A stretch of DNA of 64,000 nucleotides from Chlorokybus atmophyticus (lineage: Eukaryota > Plantae > Mesostigma and Chlorokybus algae), in contig RHPI01001946.1 in NCBI GenBank assembly GCA_009103225.1, positions 318,302 through 382,301 on the forward strand, written 5' to 3'. The first letter of the stretch is position 1, and each line of letters begins with the position of its first letter. The notes under the pieces were generated by a model. It was not told the origin of the DNA. It worked only from the letters and a program-made list of their open reading frames with translations, and did not search any database. Positions 47,439 to 59,001 of the stretch are shown here, in pieces. Both the position numbers and the translations under genes were made by a program.

Positions 47439-47983
47439 GCCAATATATCAATATCTGCGAATACAGTTACTATAATCATGTTACCTAAGTACTGTTTGTA
47501 CATGCTCAAATGCGTATTATTCTACTATCGTGCAAGTGTGGTATTGGCATTGCACTGTATACAGTTGTGGACATATCTATTAATGCGAGAGGCGTGCTGG
47601 AGAAGAGTTTTTGTTAGATGAGCAAGTTATGTTATAGTTCGTAACCCATGAAGACACAGCCAGTTGACAGTGTAACAGTTATTTCTACTATCAACACAGC
47701 ATGCAGCTAACCTGGGACACAGATTACAACGCGATTACGGAACATGCTCGCGTGTATTCAGCAAGTTTTTGCATGCAAGCATGCCGCACAATAATATTGC
47801 AGAGCGTGTGCACTACTGGTGCTACACAACCAGGCTATGTGCCAGAAAAAATGAAACCGTTGCGCGCACTGATTTCAAAGGTTTCTTGCAGATCACAATC
47901 ACTTAATGTTGCTCAAAAATGAACTTTACAACACAAGACTCAACTCATCCTGTACACACATCTATCAATGATGAACGCTACAC

Positions 47984-48568
47984 TCAGTTCTTGAAGCCGA
48001 GGGTCTCCTTTGCAGAGTCCACGACGCCTTGAGCGCGGTCTCCCAATGTCTGTACACAACACCAGCATGAGAATGCTTTCGCCATGAAGAGCCTAAGTGA
48101 CAGCGGGCACACCAGCAAGCTGTGGACTTACGGGCTTGGAGTTGGTCTTATCCTGCACGGCCTCGCCAGCCTGCTGCATCTTATCGCCAGCAGCGCGCGC
48201 GGTGTCGTGGCCAGCGCTCTTGGCGTCCTGGGCAGCCTGGCCGGCATGGTCCTGACCGCGGCCAAGGGCGTCGGCGGCCTGGTCCTGCGCAGATCAACGG
48301 TTTTCAGAAACTGTGCACATTGCATGCACAGGGGAAACAAGGTACGTAGTATTGAAGCACCCGGCACACACGATTAGCGGTCATAGAATGGCGTCTGATG
48401 GTGTGCATGCACAAACCAACAGCGAAGCACAGTGTCATGCCGGCATGCTAACAGGTTCAACCTCACAGGAGTAGTGAACTGTCGTACCTTCTTCTCAGCC
48501 AGGTAGTCCTGGGTGTTGCTGGCAGCCTCGCTGACCTTCTGCTTGGCCTGGTCGTAGTTGGACGCCAT
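47984..48568 (-). CDS. Late embryogenesis abundant (LEA group 3-like) hydrophilin, 3 exons
   Basis: MASNYDQAKQKVSEAASNTQDYLAEKK/DQAADALGRGQDHAGQAAQDAKSAG...AGEAVQDKTNSKP/TLGDRAQGVVDSAKETLGFKN*; A/K/Q/D-rich with 11-mer-like periodicity and GT-AG introns. Confidence 0.82.
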
Positions 48569-48669
48569 TGTGTCTAAGAAAACGAGATCGAGAATACAAG
48601 AGAGCTGATGGCGTGTGGAAGGGTATGAACACTCTTGCACGGGGATGGCGACTCAGGCAACAGTGGCGG

Positions 48670-48932
48670 TTTATATACCACTTGCGCTTGAACTCAGGCG
48701 CTGCGGACATTCGTGCTTATCGGAGATCTGTGAGTCGAGCGGCAACGGATATCAGGCGGAGGCGGCAATCTGCCCGCGTGGAGGATTTTGCAAGTGCTGG
48801 ATCTCTCCGGAAGTGCGCCCGCGGAGTGGCACGTCGCCCTTACCACGAATCATTTCATGCCACGGCGCCAGGTAATCGGCGCGGATCTAGCGACGTGTGC
48901 GGTCAGCTGCGACCGGGCCAATGCTGACGTGG
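48670..48932 (-). promoter_or_regulatory. TATA box and three ACGT-core (ABRE/G-box-like) elements upstream of the LEA gene
   Basis: TATATAAA on minus at 48670-48677; CACGTC 48830-48835, ACGTGT 48893-48898, ACGTGG 48927-48932. Confidence 0.55.
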
Positions 48933-49619
48933 AGATAGATCATTGCCAGTGTACTCGGTGCAGCATTGCGGTTTTACCAACAATGGTGGCGCCAGGGGTT
49001 GCGCCATGTTGCACCAGAGGCCCCCGACTCTGGTGATTGGCGAAACCTCGCCCTTTCGCGCCAAAACCGCACTATTGAGTGCGGTTTCCAGCGGTGATCT
49101 CACCCATATAGGCATATATACGACATGTTAATGTGAATAGCTTCACATAAATGCAGAAATATGTGCGTCGTGCAGTATTAATATGGTATACATGTGAATA
49201 TACTCACTCAAGAACACATGATATTGGCATCAACAAATGTATAAGTTGAAGTATATTGATTTGTAGTGTCTTGTTTACTTGTAATGTAACTCACAATGTA
49301 TGTAAATAGTACAACGTGAGCTCGTAGTTGCTTTCATATGCCTATTTTGCCACACAAATAATGTGCAAGCAGCTGTGACTTATATGAGTATAACACATAC
49401 GAGCGAGTCCCGTCATGATTTTGCCAGCTATCGCCACATACACCTAGAGCACTGCACTAATTGCCAGAGCTGTTGGGGTTGCACCGCGTACACTGAGCAT
49501 TGCTAAATTCGGTGCAGCTCTCCCTGCCTAGTTGTTCTTCTGATCAAAATACATAGTTAATTAACATGCTACTGGTAACTACATAGTTACTAGCGTATTC
49601 AAGGTGACTTGATAACATA

Positions 49620-49953
49620 CCATATTCACCCGTTAACAGTGCCCCCCTTCCAACATGGTGCCCTCTTAACATTTATGAGGGGGTAATTTTATTTGTGGCA
49701 CTATTCGGATGGGGGCATTATATTAGATCACGATTACGCTGACCAACCGTATATGACCGAACGTGACAAAACACGAAAAAATATGTAACACTACAGTAAC
49801 TCAAGTGTAACTTATGCTTAACCGTATAGCAGGGGGGCACTGTATACGAGAAGGGGGAATATTATAGCGTAACAATGTCCCCCCTTAAAAACTGTAGGGG
49901 GCACACTGTTAGGGTATTGTAATAAGGGGGGTACTTAAAGTGGGTAAATATGG
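49620..49953. mobile_element. MITE related to the pogo/Tc2-like element
   Basis: TIRs CCATATTCACCC / GGGTAAATATGG with TA on both sides; internal poly-G/poly-C subterminal motifs like those of 51805-55780. Confidence 0.8.
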
Positions 49954-51035
49954 TATATGGTAAAGTTCGCCGCGGTCACTTCATGTGACTCACTTGTAGG
50001 CCCATGTACCGGTACACGAAAAGCCTTAATAATAAGGGCTTAATTGATGAATACTTACATAGCCGCAACTACTTTTATGATAGCATGCAAAAGCATGTCA
50101 AAAAATCGTGTGATGTCCCTCTTTTATCATAGGCCATTTTGCCCCTTATGTATGTATTAAAGCACCCTTTACGAATAGCAAAACAGGACTGGCTTGCCTA
50201 ATAAAGGATCTATTGTGAAATGTATGTTGTGTCAATCAACGAGGGTACCGTATGTACATCGTGCGCACGCACGCACGCACGCGCACGCACGCATGCGCGC
50301 GCGCACACACAAAACAGACATCGCAATACAAACCCCTTATCCAAGAACGGAGAGCATGTAAAAATGCTCTTACAGCTCATGCTATTGTTCACAAACCCCT
50401 AAATCAAGCCATGTGCCCACGAAGCATGCTTAACTTACAGTTGAAATAATTTCTTTCTTGTCTGTGCAATGTTGTTGGGGCTTGTACACGGTCAGCGTCG
50501 CACGCGTGCGCGTCCACGCGTATATGTGTGTGCATAAATGTGTTAAACTCGAGCATATGAGATAATTTGTATGCATATGCATGTGCGTGTACCTCATTTG
50601 ATATGCATGTGTATGCATCGGTCAGTGCATTTATGTGTGAGTCAGCGCGTTAATGTATGTTTATGTTTATGCGTGCTTTCTCGTGCCTCAATTGAAGCAT
50701 TTGTGTGTAAGTCAGGGGGGAGGGGGGAGGGGGGCGTGCACATGCGTTGAGCAACATGTGTGAGTCAATGTTCAATGAGAGTGCGTGCTGTTGCGTGTGC
50801 GTTCCTGCCAATGGTTTTACTGGTGCACACCGATTGACGTTAAAGGACCATGAATGGTGCGTGCCTTCAAACCGGGATTTCGCCCTGCAGCGAAATCCGT
50901 GAATTATGGTCGGACTGTCATTGACAATCGGACCATGTATGGTTCAAACCTCACATGAACGGTCCCATGTTTTTTTGAGGTCGCACCATGTTTGGTCCGG
51001 CCGGTTGCCGGTCGTCAAGACTAGGTACGAGCCGG

Positions 51036-51205
51036 CCAGCGGACCAGGGACTTAATCATTGATATGTACTTAAATAATCGTCACTGGTCCAGCCAGCGGA
51101 CCATTAACCGACATATCTATCGTAACCCAGCGGACCAGGGACTTAATTGTCAATGTGTATGTAAACAATCGTCACTGGTCCGACCAGCGGACCATTAACC
51201 GACAT
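51036..51205. repeat. Two 79-bp direct repeats with internal CCAGCGGACCA motifs
   Basis: 51036-51114 and 51127-51205; likely a TE subterminal array. Confidence 0.8.
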
Positions 51206-51377
51206 GTGTAGATGACTAAACATCATAACCATCCAATGCGGGAAAAGTGCTATATATCTTGAGCCGACAGCACCGACCACGCCCGACCTGCGGCACACGA
51301 GGCCGCGGGTTTTAGAAACGGATACATGTAGTGAAGCACACATGCATCCACTGAGAGTCAAACAGTACCTTTGCGAT

Positions 51378-51458
51378 ACGACACCCCAACTACTAAGTTA
51401 CTTAGTAGTTGGGGTGTCGTGTTATACAACATTAGTAGTCTACTAATGTTGTATAACA
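51378..51458. repeat. Two abutting perfect palindromes
   Basis: 51378-51420 (21-bp arms, 1-nt centre) and 51420-51458 (19-bp arms, 1-nt centre). Confidence 0.95.
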
Positions 51459-52756
51459 TTTTGTAAGCTAGCGGTGCGGCTGATTGGGCGTGTGATTGGG
51501 CCGGCTGGCCGGCCGCCATAAGGGCACAGGACACATCACACGCGCACCACGCACCACGGCCGTGACATACGGCACCCGCGACTGCTGGGCTGCGCGGCCC
51601 GCCTGCCTCTCATTTGGCTAGGCGGCAATAGCTATCGACCGTTCGATCTGTCAAAACAACTCTCGACCGTCCAAAGCTCATCCCCACGTCATGCAACTGT
51701 TCAAAATTTATGCGAATGATGACTACATATAATAATATGCATTGTAATTAATAATAATTTAAACATACATACGTATCATAAGTGCAAACTATACATGATA
51801 TATACCGTATTTACCCGATCACAGTCCCCCCTTTTTACAGTGTCCCCCCCCCCCCAANNNNNNNNNNNNNNNNNGGGATTGTATTCGGGGGGGGGATATT
51901 ATTACAAGGGGGAGACTATGTTTGGTAGCAGGGGTTGCCGCCTTTCCCGCCTTTCTAACGCAAATCTCATCCTTGGGGGCGACCAACTGCGTAGTTGGCG
52001 GCGGTGTGGTTGTGGAGGGCGGTGTGGTTATTGAGGGTGCTGTGGCTGGCATCGGTGGCAAAATGGCTGGTCGGGCTGCAACAAGGCAGGCCATCATGCG
52101 CCGGCTTGAGGAGGAAGCAGCGGCAGCAGCTGCAGTCGCCCTTGCTGCCGCAGCTGCTGCTAAGGCCAAGGCAGACCAAGCAGCACGTGAGGCGCGCCCA
52201 GATGGGGTGGTTGCAAAGCAGCGCGCACATGAGAGCAGTTGTAAAAAGAATAAGAGGCACCTGCGCCGTCAATTCACAATAAGCCAAAGATGTGCATTCG
52301 GTAATGCTTGCTTGCGTGTGTTGTGTCAGCGCAGGTAGTGTCTGCTTGTGCACCTGTTCAACACATGCTCCACATTGGTAAGCAGCTAATGCAAAGGATG
52401 TGTGTGTAGCTGAAGATGTTGTGTCGGGCACGCCTTATTGGGGTGAAGGCCGCAGCACGTGAGCATGATGTCTATCCAAAAAGCATTCATAAATGGATCA
52501 AGCAGGGCATTAACATCACGGGCAGCTTGAGGTCTGCCTTCCGTTTGCAAGGGGGTACGTTATGTGCAATATACTTACAACATGGAGTGTAAACATCAAC
52601 ATGCAATGTTGAATGCGGTGTTGCCCTTTGACATGCAGGTGGGCGCAAACCACAATTCCCAGACATGGAGGAGCAGTTGTTCGCCTTTGTCAAAGACAAG
52701 CGCATGCTTGGCCTTGCTGTTTCGCAGAAGATGCTACAGGTACGTACCTGTATTCT

Positions 52757-53090
52757 GCTTGTACACACGCACTCCTTGCTGACTGCTTGTGCATACCCAC
52801 GCACTCATTGCTGACTGCTTCCTACATTACACACGCACTCATTGCTGACTGCTTGTGTACATGCACACGCACTCATTGCTGAACCCTTGTGTACATGCAC
52901 ATGCAATCCGTGCTGAGTGGTTATGCACATACCCACGCACTCATTGCTGACTGCTTGTGTACATGCACACGCACTCATTGCTGACTGCTTGTGCACATAC
53001 ACACGCACTCTTTGCTAACTTACACACACAATCCTTGCTGAGTGGTTGTGCCCATACCCACGCACTCAATGCTGACTGCTTGTGCTTATG
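52757..53090. repeat. ~34-bp minisatellite in a transposase intron
   Basis: About 9-10 imperfect copies of CACGCACTCATTGCTGACTGCTTGTGTACATGCA. Confidence 0.85.
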
Positions 53091-53829
53091 TGTACATGCT
53101 CAAACGAGCGCTTGCGAAGCAGCTGATCGCAGAGGCCAATGAACAGTCACCCGACAAGCCTGAGCTGTGCACTTCAACGCCTCCTTATATTGGGCAGTGC
53201 GTTTTTGCAAACGCCACAATCTTGTCGTGCGTGCTCGCACGAAGGTGGGCCAGAGAGCGCCTGCTCAGCAAGCAGAGATTATGACATCCTTTAAGTTGTT
53301 AATTGATGGCATGCGGAAGAAGAATAAGTACACTATGCAACAGGTGCATTTTATAGAGTAAATGCTTGATCAACCACAAGCAAGCAATCAAATGATAATC
53401 ATACACTTTGTGGCAAATCATCAACATGGATGAGATGCCGATGGTGCTTGACATGCTGTCGTTAAATACTTTGCATTAGCGAGGCGCACGAACGATGCCC
53501 ATAACAACGACCGGTCATGAGAAGGCGAGCTTTACCCTTATTTTATCAGTTTGTGCTGATGGTTCTAAGCTGCCTCCTCTTGTTGTGCTCAAGCGGAAGA
53601 CGGTGCCGCGCAACCTCAAGGTTATGGGCATGCACATCTACGCCAACAAGATAGGGTGGATCAATGAAGATATGTGCGTGGAGTGGGTGGATCAATGAAG
53701 AAGCGCCCGCAGGTGCTGAGTGATGTGCATTGACTGCTTGTGCTTGTACACACATGTAACATACATGTGTGTACAAGCAGCGCTTGTTGCTTGTGTGCAT
53801 GCATGTGTATTTGGTGTTGTTGGTGTTGT

Positions 53830-54110
53830 GCACGCTAACTGGCTGACTGGTTGCGGAGCACGCACACTTGTTTGTGTGCACACTGGCTGGCTCCTTGCTT
53901 CCGACTGCTTGTGCGCATGCTGCTTGTGTGCATGCATGCGTACTTGTTTGTGTGCACACTGACTGGCTGGCTGGTTGCTGAGCACGCACACTTGTTTGTG
54001 CACACGCTGGCTGGCTCCTTGCTTCCGACTGCTTGTGTGCATGCGTACTTGTGTGCATGCATGCGTACTCGTGTGTGTGCATGCTGATTTGCTGGCTGAC
54101 TGGCTCCCAC
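53830..54110. repeat. Second intronic tandem array in the transposase gene
   Basis: Repeats of GAGCACGCACACTTGTTTGTGTGCACAC..CTGGCTGGCTCCTTGCTTCCGACTGCTTGTG; shares GACTGCTTGTG with the first array. Confidence 0.8.
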
Positions 54111-55004
54111 GCTTGTTGTGGCTTGTGTGCAGATTTTCGGCGAACGAGCTCTGCTTGTATGGGACAACTTATTGGCCCATTTGTGTGACTCCGTGGGCAA
54201 GGCGCTGCAACACATCCGCGTTTACCAAGCTGTCATACCAGGTGGTATGATAAGTGCCTTGTAGCCCTTGGACATTGGCCTAAACAAACCTCTCAAGGAC
54301 ATGGTTGGAGCAAAGGTGCGTTATTGACGATAATTGTTGTTGTTGACATGGCATGCCTTTGTTATAGCAAGATTCACTTATCAAGGTGTTATGCATATGT
54401 AGTGGCAAATGTGGATGGCGGATCCAAGCCAGCACACCTTCACTGCTGGCGGCCATCAACGGGCGTGCTCTTTCACAGAGATTCTGACGTGGATCATGGA
54501 GAGTTGGGAGGCTATCCCTGCACGCATTGTGCAGAACTCCTTTAAGAAGGCCGGCATCAGCATTGCTCTTGATGGCAGAGAGGATGACAGGGTCATTGAG
54601 GACATTGAGGATGAGGACGATGGTGTGATCCTCGTGGAGGAGCAGGAAGCGTTGGAAGATGAGCGTGAAGCCGCAGCGGCAGGGCATGGTGGTGCGGAAG
54701 CCAGTGAGGAGGAGGAGGAGGAGGGGGTGGAGGACGTGCATGCCGTTACTGATAGCATTGACATTACGAGTGATGATAATAGGTTGTAGAAGGTTGCATG
54801 TCTGTTGACGTAGCATGCATGCTTGGCTCATGTGTCTTGTGTTTATGTATGAACGGCAATGATGTTGGGGGTGATTGTTGTTGCACATGGGCTTGGGCTT
54901 GATGCGCCTACAACTCAACTTATCCAACACCACTTTTGCTACCTCCACCTTGCTAAACTGCACATACCCCTAGGAAGCATACTACCCCGCGGGCGGGGCG
55001 AGGG

Positions 55005-55669
55005 NNNNNNNNNNNNNNNNNNNNNNNNNNNNNNNNNNNNNNNNNNNNNNNNNNNNNNNNNNNNNNNNNNNNNNNNNNNNNNNNNNNNNNNNNNNNNNNN
55101 NNNNNNNNNNNNNNNNNNNNNNNNNNNNNNNNNNNNNNNNNNNNNNNNNNNNNNNNNNNNNNNNNNNNNNNNNNNNNNNNNNNNNNNNNNNNNNNNNNNN
55201 NNNNNNNNNNNNNNNNNNNNNNNNNNNNNNNNNNNNNNNNNNNNNNNNNNNNNNNNNNNNNNNNNNNNNNNNNNNNNNNNNNNNNNNNNNNNNNNNNNNN
55301 NNNNNNNNNNNNNNNNNNNNNNNNNNNNNNNNNNNNNNNNNNNNNNNNNNNNNNNNNNNNNNNNNNNNNNNNNNNNNNNNNNNNNNNNNNNNNNNNNNNN
55401 NNNNNNNNNNNNNNNNNNNNNNNNNNNNNNNNNNNNNNNNNNNNNNNNNNNNNNNNNNNNNNNNNNNNNNNNNNNNNNNNNNNNNNNNNNNNNNNNNNNN
55501 NNNNNNNNNNNNNNNNNNNNNNNNNNNNNNNNNNNNNNNNNNNNNNNNNNNNNNNNNNNNNNNNNNNNNNNNNNNNNNNNNNNNNNNNNNNNNNNNNNNN
55601 NNNNNNNNNNNNNNNNNNNNNNNNNNNNNNNNNNNNNNNNNNNNNNNNNNNNNNNNNNNNNNNNNNNNN
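55005..55669. other. Assembly gap (others at 42918-43038 and 51858-51874)
   Basis: Runs of N. Confidence 1.
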
Positions 55670-56084
55670 ACTTGAGTACGAGACGGGGGGACTATAGGGG
55701 TTTACACAGCCCCCCCCTCCCCCCCCGAAAAAGGGGGGTGTAACTCTATTAGGGGGGGGACAGTGATTGGGTAAATACGGTACGCACTTATATATGAGTA
55801 ATCTTATATTATATATACATTACATCATATATATATGCAAGATATGCATATATGTCATAATAATACATAGCATTATACACATTATATGCATATAATACTA
55901 TAATATCATAGAATGTCATATATATAGATAATTTTGTATGCATAATATATATGATACATGCAATCTTTGATACATAATATATAGATAGTTTCACATGGCT
56001 TATATGATCTGAACATGTCCCACATGTATCAAGATAATACATCAAGTACTAACGTTTTTGCCACGTTACGTGCGGAGATAAGTG

Positions 56085-58250
56085 GTGCGGCTGTTTGGTC
56101 GGGCCATCACACGGCACCCGCGACTGCCGGGCTGCGGGGCAGTATGTGCGGCCCGGCTTCTCATTGGCTAGGCGGCGAGTACAAGCGTTGCACTGCTAGA
56201 TCTGCCTTAACAATCATGGCCGTCCAAAGCACATGTAATTGTTTAAACGCATGCCAATAAGCGTAGTATTAAGCACATTTTTGCATACGTGGCCGCTTAT
56301 GGCATGTTGATCATCTTTATGTCGTACATCAGTTATTTTACTAAATATGGAGATACGATGATACATGTTGATATTTCATATGTGCTGCAAAATGAAGCAC
56401 ATCTGTTGCAATATGGTGCAATCTGGTGCAATATGGCTACCAACCTGCAGTTAAGCGTTATAAAATATAATAATTAACGTAACGTTCATGCCACGGTACG
56501 TGCTAACATATTCAGTCAATAATGCCAAGGTTACAACCACTAAAATTAATGCTAACCTAAATTACCTTAACGTTAAGATTTACCTAAACGAAAATTTGCA
56601 TCGTTAGGCTACCATTTGGTCACGCTTGAATTTGATCCAATGGGATCGCAACGGTGACAACAGCCGTTGCTCAAAAAGGCAGCGATTTCGCCAATCATTC
56701 CAGATATGCATAAAAGATGCTAAAAACCATCTCGACGGCAACTGCTAGCCAATGGCGACCCAAAATCGCTAGCCATCTTGTGCAATTGCAGCACAATTGG
56801 TGGTTAGATCGGCCACGTTTTTTGCGGTACGAGGTCGGGGCAGGCCCCATACCCCAAAGACATGCCGGCACTACTCACCCTCGTTCTAATTGATCCACTC
56901 TTCCCTTTAACGCTAATTGATTACACGCTATAGTTACTGCGTCACCAAACATGGTCAACAGCCGAAATAAGTGTTTTAATACAACTATGGGTGCGGCTGT
57001 TTGGTCGGGCCGGCATTCAACCTACATCACACATCCCGCGCAAGGGTCGGCACCCGCGACTGCCGGGCTGCGCGGCAGTATGTGCGGCCCGCCTGCTTTT
57101 CATTCCCTAAGTGGCGAGTACGAACGTTACACCGTTAGAGCTGCCTAAACAATCCTGGCCGTCCAAAGCACATTCAATTGTTTAAACGCATGCCAAAAAA
57201 TGTCAAATTAAGCACAGTTCTGCAAACGTTGCCGCTTATGGCTGCATGTTCATTATTTGTATGTGTTACAGTAATAATGTTAAATATAGAGATACATTAA
57301 TACATGACGATATTTCTGTGTTGCAAAACGAAGCACATATGTTGCAATATGGTGCAATATGGCTAGCAACCTGCAGTTAAGTGTTACAAAACTTCATATT
57401 CAATGTAACGTTTACGCCACGGTACGTGCTAAGATATTCAGTAAGTGATGCCAAGGTTACAACCATTAAACTTAATGGTAACCTAAATTACCTTAACGAT
57501 AAGATTCAGCTAAACGAAAAATTGCATCTTTAGGCCACCATTTGGTCACGCATGAATTTGATCAAATGAAATTGCAACGGTGTCAACAGCCGTTGCTGCA
57601 AAAGGCAGCGACTTGGCTAATCATTGCAGAGATGCATAGAAGATGCTGAAAACTATCTCGGCGGCAACTGCTTACCAACGGCGACCCAAAATCGCTAGCG
57701 GTTTGGTGCAATTGCAGCACGGTTAGTGGTTAGATCGGCCACGTTTTTGGCGGTGCGAGGTTGGGGCATGCCTCATACCCCAAAGACATGCCGCCACTAC
57801 TCACCCTCGTTTTAAGTAATCCACTCTACCATGTAATGCTAATTGATTACACGCTGTAGTTACTGCGTCATCAAACATGGTCACAGCCGAACAAACTTGA
57901 GGTGCGGCTGATGGCGCATTTGATTCGGCCGGCCGGCCTGCCGGCATTAAGGCACACAAACACCACGCGGAAGGCCATCATACGGCACCCGCGACTGCCG
58001 AACTGCGCGATATGCGGCCCGCCTGCCTCTCATTGGCTAGATGGCGACTACAAGGTATCGGCCGTTCTATCTAATTTCAACAAATCTCGATCGTCCGTAG
58101 CACATCCCCACGTCATATTTGCAAATAAATAATAAAAATGGAGCACAATGAAGTGCACAGATGGCGGCATTATTTTATGTGGTCCATATAATATGGGCAT
58201 GTATCACACATATTATGGTGGATTAAGTAGTAACGTTTTGACTACACTAC
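56085..58250. repeat. ~0.9-kb unit tandem repeat (satellite-like)
   Basis: Units start near 56085, 56991 and 57901 (GGTGCGGCTG...CGGCACCCGCGACTGC...); a related partial unit at ~51470-51800 lies before the pogo insertion. Confidence 0.85.
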
Positions 58251-59001
58251 GTGCAGCAATTTACAGCGCATAACGTAAAGTGTACAAGCAGCAAAATACT
58301 GCTAGCCTTTAACACTGTAACGGATTTAATTAAACAGAAATCAGCGCCGTTAGATCACCATTTGATTGTAAACACTATAAAGCAAGTGGTGTATCGATGT
58401 TGACAAGGGCCATTGCCACAAAAAAGGCAAAAAGATGCCAATCATTGCAAAATGCTCAAACATGTCTCTGTCGTGCAAGGAGGCCTCGATTGCGGGGTGT
58501 GTCTCGCAGTGGGAGTATGTACACGAATGTTTACAGGTGTCAAGAACAAGTCAAGTTACTGGGCAGCCTGCAGGAGGCCAAGCACGGGACATTGACACTA
58601 TGGCAGCGTGTGCGGGGGACAGTGAGGAGGAAAAGTAACTTAATAATCCCCTTGGCTTGATAGAGAGGGGGAATCACTCAACAAGCTCCCCCTCCCCTGC
58701 CTGGTCATTGGCGTCCTCGCGATGAGCTTGGCACCGGTGAGAATGCCATGGCAGCTCCGCGGAGGTGGTGGCACTGTCGGGATCAGCCATAGCAAGTGTG
58801 ACACCGATGCTGCATGCCAAGTGCCAGTACTCCCATCAGGTGTCACACTTCTTTGACGGCTGATCGGTGGAGGCACACCCGGCGCATTTCATGATGCGAA
58901 CCCGCGGGTGGGGTTTGCTCGATCCTTCGACATACACGAGATAACAGGAAAAAAGTTGTTCACATGGTCGGTCATGAGGGCGCCTGAGGGGTCACGCAGT
59001 C

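Larger units (their letters stand above)
52063..54789 (+). pseudogene. Intron-containing pogo transposase (HTH, CENP-B HTH, DDE_1; DD35D) with premature stops
   Basis: AAREHDVYPKSIHKWIKQ; GRKPQFPDMEEQLFAFV; WAVRFCKRHNL; IINMDE; GSKLPPLVVLK; LLVWD-x35-(*PL)DIGLNKPLK; acidic tail. Confidence 0.88.
51805..55780 (+). mobile_element. pogo/Tc2-like (IS630-Tc1-mariner) DNA transposon
   Basis: TIRs CCGTATTTACCCGATCACAGTCCCCCC / GGGGGGACAGTGATTGGGTAAATACGG, TA TSD at both ends; contains N gaps 51858-51874 and 55005-55669. Confidence 0.92.

Noticed and set aside
52757-54110. CRISPR-like array
   Set aside because: Imperfect tandem units without unique spacers, inside eukaryotic introns, with no cas genes.
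58640-59000. Possible coding remnant upstream of retroelement copy 2
   Set aside because: Short, interrupted and without a recognisable motif.
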